The notes beneath the pieces were generated by a model. The model was not told the origin of the DNA. It searched no databases and saw nothing but the letters and a program-made list of their open reading frames with translations. 64,000 nt of DNA from Haliotis rubra (taxonomy: Eukaryota): the NCBI RefSeq assembly GCF_003918875.1, contig NW_025767048.1, positions 620,001 through 684,000 of the forward strand, written 5' to 3'. How positions within the stretch are numbered: the first letter of the stretch is position 1; the number at the start of each line of letters is the position of its first letter. The translations under genes were made by a program, and so were the position numbers. Shown here one piece after another: positions 22,236 to 34,200 of this stretch.

Positions 22236-25200
22236 GTAAGTAGTCATGGGTAATTTTATTGGGCTAATTCAAGAACTGAATGAGTAACATGAAGACTTGT
22301 TTATATACACGATACATGTTAAACAAGGCAGTTTAAACTTCTATAATTTAAATCTGACTTCTGTCTGGAACAAAATTGTATTAAAAGACGTATCTTGATA
22401 ACATAGCTTTGGTTCAAGGTGTGCATTTATAAATGTTTTGGCATGGTCACGATTAAATGTAATGTATTGTAAGATATCTGGGATAGGACCCGGATTCCCA
22501 GTCCTACTAAGGTGCCTTGACAGTTACCTTACAGGTGGTGGTGGGGTGGCCTAGTGGTTAAGGCGTTGGCTCGTCACGCCGAAGATCTGGGTTCGATTCC
22601 CCACATGGGTACAATGTGAGAAGTCTATATCTGGTATCCCCCGTCGTGATATTGCGTTGAAAGAAACGTTGTAGTGGGTTCGAATCCTAGATTCGATTTG
22701 TTTCTAGGTTTGACATTCCCAATACATGCTAGTTGTCTTTACTAAAGTGGTGAAGGACTGATACCTGCAGGCATTCTTGCTACCTGCTTAACGCCGCACA
22801 CAGCAACATACCAGCTATATGGCGACGGTATGTAAATAATAGAGTCCGGACCAGATAATCCAGTGACTCGGATCACGAGAAGCGATCAAAGCATTTGAGA
22901 ACCGATGACATGTGTCAACCAACCCAAAGATAAGGTTCAGCCAAGATAAGGTTCAGCCAAGATATTTTGCGTAGTTTCTTTACCTGCATTCTTTCCCCTG
23001 TACAACTTATTAGGGCGGTGGGGTAGCCTAATGGTTAAAGCGTTGGCTCGTCACGCCGAAGACTCGGGTTCGAATCCCCACATGGGCACAATGTGTGAAG
23101 CCCATTTCTGGTGTTCCCCGCCGTGATGTTGCTGGAATATTGCTAAAAACGGCGTAAAACCAAACTCAGTGTACAACTTATTAAATACAATGACTTTGCT
23201 TTTAGTTGCCTCGCCAAGCTGTGCAAGCCGTTATACGGTCAACAGGTGTGTGCAAAATCGTTAGTTTGCATAAACAGTATAGAGGAAACATTTCCGGGTT
23301 GAGCAATAAACAACAATTGACACGTGGCGGTAACTGGTTTGGATAATTACGTTGCAATATGAAGCACTGCACATCACAACAGATGCTCTACTTTATTATA
23401 TTGAATCCGATAAACATGGGGCGCAGTAACCAAATTTAGAGAGAAAATGGGATTATAAAAATATGTTGATCTTGAGGAAATCTTTCTAATATAGACTAAT
23501 GTTTCTGTGCAGTCCACGGCTTATTCCCAAATGCCTCCGGAAGCTCAGGTGCCAAAGGATTATATCGTTGATGGTAGGTATTCTGAATCGTACAGAGTTT
23601 GTTTGTAAATGCTGATCTCATTACAATCAGGTGCTTGTAGGACTCCAAATATTCTACATCTAATGAAAAGCGCACACCATGTCTCGTAGTAATCTAGCCG
23701 TTTTGGGCTGAACCAGAAAGGTTCTTGAAACGATTTTTGAGTATGGATGAATATGGAGACTCGACAAACAATAGTGCAAGTTAATCGTCATGACGACCGA
23801 CAGAAGGCACAGACTGACCCATCATCAGGATGGGGGCTAGTGGTCTTAGTGAGACCAGACAGCATGGTTTGATTCCCCCACTTGAGTGCAATGTGTGAAA
23901 CTCATTTCTGATGTGACCCGCCGTGATATTGCTAAAAGCGGCGTATAACAATACTCAACCATCTGGAAAGGGATTCATCAGGATGGACTGTTCACAAACG
24001 CTAGCCAATTGCACTTTGGAGTCTATTGCGGAATAAGACCCGTGAAGATCCGGGGTAGAATAGGTCTTCAGCAACCCATGCTTGCCACAAAAGGCGACTA
24101 TGCTTGTCGTAAAAGGCGACTAACGGGATCGGGTGGTCAGGCTCGCTGACTTGGTTGACACATGTCATCGGTTCCCAGTTGCGCAGATTGATGCTCATGC
24201 TGTTGATCACTGGATTTTCTGGTCCAGACTCGATTATTTAAAGAACGCCGCCATATAGCTGGAATATTGTTGAGTGCGGCGTAAAACTAAACTCTCACTC
24301 ACTCTATTGCGGAATAAAATCAAGACTAAGTTATGCTTAATTTCGAGAAGGTGTGCTCTTCGGTTAGCACAGTCCACGAGTATAGTATTGAACGCCTTCA
24401 CCGACCAACGCCTGATCTGCTTGAAGGAACGCTTGAACGATGACGGCATAGACGCTGAACAATTTGGACGACCAAACTAAGGACCGCTACGAAACTGACT
24501 TAAAAATCGAACATGGATTGCAAAAGAGTATCGATTTGGAATGGGATTACGTTTTAATATATGCCAGTTCTGTGATCCCCAGAATGTATCACTCATATGT
24601 ATGACACCATATGACGCTGTCCCGACTGAAGCAAATCCGGGATGACATAGCAACATAGGTGGTAGTACAAGAATGTAATATCGATTCCGCTCTAGAGTTT
24701 GCCGACTAGAGCACCTTTGCATTCAGATATGGTCACATTCATTCTTATATGAGGCGGCATCATTCTTTTATGAGGTGGAATATTGCAGAGTTCGGTCAAC
24801 ATTCAGCAGCGTTTGATCCGTACTCTGTTCGTGGTGGACAGTGACCGTGACCTAAAGTCGACATTTTTCATGTCTTCTGACTGAACACTTAACCGTGAAG
24901 GTCCGGGTTAGAATATTGATCTTCAGTAACCCATGCTTGTCGTAAGAGGCGACTAACGGGATCGGGTGGTCAGGCTCGCTGACGTGGTTGACACATGTCA
25001 TCGGTTCCCAATTGCATAGATCGATGCTCATGCTGTTGATCACTGGATTGTCTGGTCCAGACTCGATTATTTACAGACCGCCGCCATATAGCTGGAATAT
25101 TGCTGAGTGCGGCGTTAAACATCAAACAAAAATATATGTCCGGAAGGCGGATTTGTGTGTGTGTAAAACTGAATATATATTCTCATCATCTGACTGATGT

Positions 25201-28200
25201 TTTAAAAACAGATCTAGTGAATTAACAATAACGAACAATAGGCATCTTAGACACGTCCATGTTTTAGTTAAACAGGAGTGTGGGAAAGAGGGCACCCAGA
25301 GCAAAGTTTGTGTGATGACCGACCTCACGGTGTTCATTCAGCTGGAGTGCAAGGGAGGTAATCTGTACAACTTCACATCGGTCAACTCCGTAAACCACTG
25401 TGCTGATGTGTACTTCACCGGCGACGAGAACAAGAGATGTGTTTATCCGGTAAGTATCCCGATGCTCCATTATAGCTTGTGTCGTGGCACAAGTCTAGCT
25501 ATATCACTAGTTGAACCACATGCAGGATAAACACAAGTGCTAAAATGCCTAGTAACGTCAACTTTGAACAAGGAACACATTCTGTTGTGGGAATCATGGT
25601 TTCGATACTTTAGATAAATGGGATTTGTCGTTCAGGGTGTGACGTCATATCGGACCTCTCGGACCGCAAGCACCAGTCCGTTTATTGTAACCCTAGGGCT
25701 CTTAACGAGGCCATTGCGGACAAGGGTCCATGGTATTTATTACCGAATGACGCCTAAGACTGACTGACTGAGTTTGGTTTTACGCCGCTTTTAGCAATAT
25801 TCCAGCAACATCACGGCGGGGGACACCAGAAATGGGCTTCACACATTGTGCCCATGTGGGGATTCGAACCCGTGTCTTCGGCGTGACGAGCCAACGCTTT
25901 AACCATTAGGCTACCCCACCGCCCCGAATGACGCCTAAGAAGATCCAACACGAGGGCCTATGTTTGGCTCAGGATCGCTGAGTCGGTTGATGCACGTCGT
26001 GACATCCCAACTACGTAGATAGATGCTCATGACGTCAGTTATAGGATTAGGAATACGCAATGCAGGTGCGGATACAACCTGTAAGAAGGGGTTGGGGTGG
26101 GGGCTGTAGGGTATGTGCACTCTCGAGAAAAGGGTGGTGGTGGTTTGCACACTTAATTTTCAACCGTTTACACGACAGTTTCCAAGGTCATTTAATAAAC
26201 TTTACCCCCCACCCCCCCCACTCTGGATCCGCCTATGCCGTGCCAGTTAGAAAGTGGTCAGAAACAGCATATGTTATATTTGGTATTACATAGGATTGTC
26301 TGGTTCATATACAGGAATATTTCCAAGTGCAGCATGATATCAACAGATTGGTAGAACAGGTACCCAATATCCCATACTGGTCCAAATTCGAAACCCCCTG
26401 GCGAGAACAGCTTTACAACTGTGCTGTTGCGAAGGCAAATAGATCCAATGGATGGCTTGGCAAGCTTAACTACTTGGTTACATTAGTGTCAGTGTATCCC
26501 GACATGGATCGATACTTATAGTATCAACCTCTGTAGTGTATCGGTCAGACAGTTCAAAGATTTATTGGTAGCCCTCATGCAGCTGGAATATGGCTCTCTC
26601 TCACACGTCATCGTATCCCAAATTGCGTAGATTGATGCTCATGATGTTGATCACTGGATTGTCTAGTCCAGACTCGATGATTTACAGACCGCCGCCATAT
26701 ATCTGGAATATTGTTAAGTGCAGCGTAAAATTAAACTCACTCACTCTCTGACTCTCGGACACCCACACCCATACCCACAGACACACATTCGGTTAACATG
26801 CTCCAGATGGACAGCTGGAATATTGCGAAGTCTCTCTCTCGGAGAGACCCACGGACACAGTGGATTATTTACATGGTCTAGTCAGACAGCTGAAATCTGC
26901 CGACAGTTCACTCAAACACTGCTGTTTACAGAAACGTCACGATCTGAGGTTGTACTGTGTAAAGGTTCTGGTAAACGTTGTCAACAAGGAGGGGTCGTCG
27001 GTAGGTATCAACAGACTGCTCCGCTACACCATGACCTGCACCTACGACGAGAACGGCGAGCAGAAGTCCGGCAACAGTTCCATAGTTGAGCAGTGAGTGC
27101 AGATACCCTTTCACCTTGATATTAGCTGCTCTACTGATTACGCCGGTCCTAACATAAGTTGAAAATGGCGTCTGCACTTTTTATTACATTGAATACAAAC
27201 CACCGTTTTGAATAATGTGATTTGAATTTTACACCACGTTTAGCATTCCAGCAATATCGCGGCAGTGTAAACTAGTAACGGTTTCCACACATTATCCCCA
27301 TTGGGGGAATCGCGCACGCGCGCACAATCATCAGAATGTTGTTTGAGTGGTTTATTTTAACTGTTACATTGTGTCAATAGGCTAGCTCTGTCAAATCGGT
27401 ATTAGTCGTAAGACTCGCGCACACGCACATACACAAGACCCCTCAGCACCCCTGTTTGAAGTGCAGGAAACTTGGAGGTGACCCTAAACCCCCTCTCTCT
27501 CTCCCCAGTGTATACGAGTTGTTCTGTTACAGGTACCATGCGCCCAAGGGTGTCAACGGTCATGCCGGCTCCAAAACAAAGATGGGGGTGACTATTCTGC
27601 TGACTGATATCCGCGGCGTCCCTCTCACCTCTGGGGTTCCAATAGACAAAACTGTGTGTCTGAAGGTCGTGCTGGACAACAGTACTGGCAAGTAATACAT
27701 GCCCAGAAATTAACGCCTTGTGCTCAAAGATGCACCACTCCGTGATGATCCGGGTTAGAATATTGATCTTCAGTAACCCATGCTTGTCGTAAGAGGCGAC
27801 TAACGGGATCGCGTGGTCAGGCTCGTTAACTTGATTGACACGGTATCGGTTCCCAATTGAAAAGAACGATTGTCATGGCGTCAGTCACTGGATTGTCTGG
27901 TCCAGACTCAATTTGCAGACATATAGCTGGAATAGTGCTGAGTGCGGCGTAAAACTTGAACAATTGCGTCATATTACCTCCACGGATTTTATAATTCATG
28001 CTTTTAGGCAGTGGTTTGTCTGGCTGACGTGACGCACACGTAGCATTGCTCGATGCGTCGTAAAATCTCAACTCGTTCACTTTCGATCACATTCTCGCTT
28101 TCCTGACATTTTATGCAGCGAATGAAATTAGCATCGATATAGGCGTTGTTTGTAGGTACATTGTCATTATTAGACAGCCTACCAAGTACGTCATGAATAA

Positions 28201-31200
28201 TGTAACCATTACCAGACTTGTTCACGGTTATCTTTGCGCGGTGACAATTCAATAATTATATGGTAAGTCTTCATAAGTGAGATGGTAGATTACATTGATA
28301 TTCGGTTCCGTTTTATCAGTCCCAATGTTTTTCCTTGTGAGCAATATCCATTTGGGTGAATTGTGGATAGCTTGCAACAAGCCATTGAACATTATTATAA
28401 CGAAGCCAATTTCACATCCAGGTTTACTGGTGGGCTCCAAGCCCCTCACCCTGTTCCCAGTGTCTTGTGAAGCTATTGGGGCTACTACAGGCCAGAGACA
28501 CGCCTTCATCAGATCTGGGTGAGTTGAGGACACTGAATGCTAAAGTGGTTTGCAAAATGTATACAACTCAAAATAAGTTAAGGACCACTGGTTCTTTCCC
28601 TTAACCATAGTTAATTTGAACATCTTAATGTGAAAGAATGGGGTGGTTCAAACTTAAGCTAGGCCCCGTCTCGCTTATCGCAATATAAAGACCGCCTCCG
28701 TGGTGTAGTGGTTAGAGCGTCCGCCCTGAGAGCGGAAGGTCGCGGGTTCGAGCCCCGACCGCGTCATACCAAAAGACGTTAAAATATGGTACTTGTTGGT
28801 CCCTGCCTGGCGCTCGGCATTAATGGGTACAACAAGGACTGGTCGGCTCGGAGTCAGTATAATGTGTCTGAGTGGGGTATTCATGCTTCACTGAGGCATG
28901 GTGTCACAGTGGGCTAGCACTATAAAACCAGCTTAAGTCTGGGATAGTACAAGCAGCCGCACATATACATACACACGCATGCCCGTCGTCATATGAGCGA
29001 AATATTCTCAAGCACGAAGTTAAACCCAATTTCACCTCACCTCACCTATCGCAATATGATTACAAGATCTTTCAGCGCGACGGAGTCCAGCTGGACCAAT
29101 CCAGATGTGACGTCAAATAAACGAGCAGTTTTTAAAAATGGCAGCCTATACCGGCTCCTAGCTTTGGCTCAAGTTTGCGCGCGCAAAGGGAGCCGGGAAC
29201 CAACTTAGTCCTAACCAAGAAACTTCAGTATCTGATCAATGTGCAGTTTAGTTTGCTGGCAGTATACACTGTGGTATATCTGTCTGTTGAACAATAATTC
29301 CATTGTCCACTCGGCCAATCAACCTCTATCCACGACTGCACGCATCCGCAGGCTAGCTATGCCTGAAGTTACCAGCCTACCAACAAATTCAGTAGTCCGA
29401 AATTTGAATGTAGACACGGGTTTCATCATTGAGCTGCTGATACGATAAACAATTTTATCAGGCCACAACCTTGCATGATTTAAAAGTGTGTTATAACTAA
29501 CAAGTCGGAGAGAGTGATATGTTTACAAAATGCAAATTCACTAGTCACTCGGACCAGTGACTGTGGAAAATTACTGTCCCGACTGGATTTTTACTAGCCA
29601 CGGGCTAGCGGACCAGTGGCTATTTCGCATACTGCATACATACACTGATGTGTATGATCACTATAGTACTGACATGCGATATTCTGCTTCCAATGTTGCA
29701 GATGTGGGGACGGCATCATTATCAACAAAACCACCGGTTTTTCTATGATGCCCCGGGCCGCCCTCAGCCCTTACTTCAAGTTCTTCGCGTTAGAAAATGA
29801 CAATAGCTTCAGTATCATGTGCAACTTCACCCTGTGCTCCAACTGTGTGGGAAAGGTACGTGTCTTAATCTTGTCAGGTATTTAACTCGTGGCCCACCAG
29901 GGGAGGATGCAACCAGGACTGCAAGAGAAGTATGTAAAAGTACCCCGCGAGACGAACTGTTTTACAGAAACCCCACGGGGCGAAATGTGTAAGTGGTTCC
30001 CCCACGAGGAGGCGGACGACGTGACCACCCAGTAGCCCGCGAGGAGGCGGACGACGTGACCAGTAGCCCGCGAGGAGGCGGACGACGTGACCAGTAGCCC
30101 GCGAGGAGGCGGACGACGTGACCAGTAGCCCGCGAGGAGGCGGACGACGTGACCAGTAGCCCGCGAGGAGGCGGACGACGTGACCAGTAGCCCGCGAGGA
30201 GGCGGACGACGTTAACCAGTAGCCCACAATGGACAGGGGAGGTGTCATGATGCTCCCTCTGACAAGTCTGCTCTGATATTAGTTGAAATGTAAATGCGCA
30301 ATGTTTGAAAAGTTTCCTTTTCGTTGATTCTACCCAATTTGTGATATTAAGGAAGTGATTTGATTTCAGAACTCCTGTAGTGGCGCAGCAGCCAAACCCA
30401 GAAGTATATTCAAACTGTTCGGGAAGTGGATTGAAGCTGGCAACAGACTCAGAAGGGAAGCTCCAGGTAAACATCCATTTGTAGACAACTGGGGCTGTAA
30501 CCAATACCCAGTAGTCTGTTATATATTTAGTTTCTCATTCCTGTTAGGGTTTCACTAGGTTCAATAAGCAGAGGTGGCCCACTTGTTAAGGGTGTCGCAA
30601 ATCACTGTGCAGAGTTGCGTCCCTTGGATTCGGCAGAAACTTGTAACCGTATGTCTGAATGCCAGATTCGCCATATTTCGTGATGTCATCAATCACTCAC
30701 CCGTGTTGGTGGGCTTCATCACAGTGGTAAATACCTCAGTACTTTAACCTCCTAGGGCTTTCCTCACATACTACTTAAAAAAAAGTTGACATGTGATAGA
30801 ACTGAATACCAATTATTTCAATTTCGTAAAGTTCAAACTTTCCTCGCCACCATTGTCGGGCGGAAATATTCAGATATTTGCTGCGTTATACCAACTCCGG
30901 GCTTTTTTCAAATTTACTACGCCGTTCAGTGTATCCAGTTGGAACTGATAACCTACTTCCGATCGGCATTGGGCAATCCATTGATTTTTAAGGAGATTTT
31001 TATGCCAGTGCTTCCGCATTTCCTTAAGATTCACTTCGTTGCTAGTTTGGAGAACCCAAACGCGTCTTTTGAATATGAAAATGACATTACATTGGAAACT
31101 CTGAAGAATTATAACTTAACTGAAGTCGGTGAATACAGTATACATCTCTACCCGACGTTCCAAAACGGGTTTCCGACGTTTGGGGACATCGGGTCAGAGA

Positions 31201-34200
31201 GGTGCATTAGGAGGTGTAAGACGGTTTGGGCGTGATGCAAATGTTCGCCCACTGACAGGAATTTATACATTTGACATGAGGTGTTATAATCTGTAGGAAT
31301 GATGAAACTGCAGCAAATTGTTGAGTTATATTGTTCTGAAACGTACGTAAAATATCCCCCTTTCGTCCGTGTTCACAAACCCAGCCTCATCAAATGCGTT
31401 TCTTTCCCATTTTCTTTTGAATAATAAATTGCAAGACCTTGAAGTGGTTATGTATTTGTTATTCGTGTTTCTGATGGCTTTGTTTTGAATGAAAATCATC
31501 TTTATCTTCATCCCGTGTTAGAATAATAAAAGTCTTCAGGAACCCATACTTGTTAGAGGCGACGAACGGAATCGGGTGGTCAGAATCGCTGACTTTCAAT
31601 TGGCTGATGTATGTCACGGTATCGCCATAGCGTAGATTGGTGCTTATGTCAATCACTGGATTGTCTGATCTGTTTACAAAACAAGCGAGCAAAACTTGTT
31701 ATTCCCGTCAGCTGACTGGGACATTTGTTTTTTCTTTTCATATTTATTATTATTATTATTATTATTTTATTATTATTATTATTATCTTTTTATTATTATA
31801 GGATATTTATATAGCGCACATATCCAGGCAACTAGTGCATGCTCAAGGCGCTGGTATTTTCCCCTCGATCATTGGATGTCAGTCTCAACGGCATATCGTT
31901 ATACCCTTATCAAATGTTGCATTTTTCCAATACAAGATAAATGTTCGATTTTCAGTCTTGTGATCAAAACTCTTATCAATTTTAAATCTTTAAGTAAAAG
32001 AATTGTGTTCGTAAAACATTTGACATATACACATGGAGCATACCTGGATAATCATTTGCGTTGTGTTTTCAAGCCAGGGAGTGATGGTTTATGATTATTT
32101 GTTCCATCGCTATGGGAACACCAGTAATTTAAGATGGGTTCGAATCCCAGTTCACCCCCATAGTTTCATTGTTTGTTAGGTCTACTGTTTGTTAGGAGGG
32201 GCGCTGGGGTAGTCTAGTGGTTAAAGCGTTGGCTCGTCACGCCGAAGACCCATGTTCGAATCCTCACATGGGTACTATGAGTGAAGCCCATTTCTGGTGT
32301 CCCCCGCCGTGATATTGCTGGAATATTGCTAAAAGCGGCGTAAAACCAAACTCAGCCAGTTTGTTAGGTCCATCGTTTGTTAGGTCTATACCTGTGACCG
32401 TGGGCTGTGCCAAAGTGGCATCACTCCAGGCGTGTACGCTGTTACATAACCCGGAATACTGTTAACAGCGGCGTTAAACTCACTCACTCACTCACCCTTC
32501 CGGCACCAGTTTCAATTGTCAAATAAAAACACTTGGCAAAATTGCGATTCCAGGGCATGACCTTTGGTCTTACGTGACCCTACAAAATTAGTACATGTCG
32601 GGTTTTTACATGCGCCTGGACTGTGCGATGTTTAAGAGCGATGAACTACATTGTTTGGTCAGGCTCACTGAATGCAGGTCATTGTACTGTGATGGGGATA
32701 AACCATTTCTAGCTGGTATCAATTTCCAGATGTGAAGAAACTGGACCAGACATACCAGTGATTGGGTTTGTTACCATCCGCCCCCGAACTGTTGGGAAAC
32801 GATGACCACAGCTACCAAGTCTGACCACCCGATGCTTTAGATCGCCTCTTATGATGATGCTAGGTGTTGGAAATGCCCACATTAACATAACACCCATGCT
32901 ATTCGAATACTTTCCCTACGACTTGTACATGGTGATATTTGACTTGGGCGTTCTTGCACTAATAAACTAACATTTTCGTAAGGATTAGGCGCGAACGAAA
33001 ATGAATTATCTCCCTTAGACCTTGTTATCTTCATCCACTGTTTACGTTAATTGGAGGCGGTGAGGTAGTCTAATGGTTAAAGCGTCCGCTCGTTGCGTTC
33101 ACTACCCTGGTTCGATACCCCACATGGATACTATATGTGAAGCCCATTTCCAGTGATACTGCCGTAAAATTGCTAAAGACGGCGTAAAACCATACTCACA
33201 AGCTCCGTTGATCGCAAAACATTCAGCATCAGATTTCAGAAGCTCAGAACATTATGACTTCGATTTTGGACAATTAAAAGAAATTTTCCACGAGTTGAAT
33301 GTCTGCAGGTCCTCAATAATCCCCCGATAGGTTCGTCAGACAGGGATGGCTCAGCTGATTGCTTATTGATCCCTGATGGCGCCGTTGCTCATGATATCAA
33401 TCACTGATTTGGCAGACCTTTCCCAAGATGCTCAGTTCAGAAGTATACCTTGTTTCAAAGAGCCTACGAAAGGGCGTCAGATGATCAGGTGGTTTGATTA
33501 TCATCGTTCCAGAAGGCGTTGGACTTGTTTGCCTAATCGAGATTCGATTGTTTACAGGTCACCGTAATCGAACTGTAATATTGCTGACTCTTGCTTCACA
33601 CTTCGTCCTCTGTTAAATTAGACAGGATCGTCTGCCCAATGGACAGATCGTCTGCTCAATGGACAGATCGTCTGCCTGAGAGCACTTCTGGCAATATCCC
33701 AGCAATATGCATGCAGGGGACACCAGAAATAGTCTTGATACATTGTACCCATGTGGGGAATCGAACCCGTCGTCGGCGTGACGAGAGAACGCTTTCAACA
33801 CAACTGAACTTGTCTGGCTAGCTATTCTCGAAATGTCCGTAGCCCTACGAACAAAGTTCGTAACGATCAAAGTTAAGAATTCGTCGGGCTACGAACGTTC
33901 GTAGCCCTAAGAATTCTTAACTTTGATCGTAGCCAATGTGTTAAGAATGGGCTTAAGAAGTTCGTAGGGCTACGAATGTTTCGTCAAATGTCACGTCAGT
34001 GACCCGGGTTCAATTCCCCACATGGATACAATGTGTGCAGTCAATTTCTGGTGTCCCCCGTCGTGACATTGCTGGAATATTGCTAAAAGTTCACTTACGA
34101 CAGGACAATGACGCGTATCGGATACCACCCATGCGTGGCTATCGAGTACTGCGCTACTCATTGAACACTCTTGTTGCTTATTTCAGCTGAGAACGCATAC

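Noticed and set aside
29874-30504. Minus-strand ORFs of 124 and 180 aa
   Set aside because: Products of the stop-free 31-bp minisatellite and antisense of ZP exon 8.
30786-31235. 149-aa ORF inside the last ZP intron
   Set aside because: TTG start, no motif, not needed for the gene model; no convincing splice pair found.
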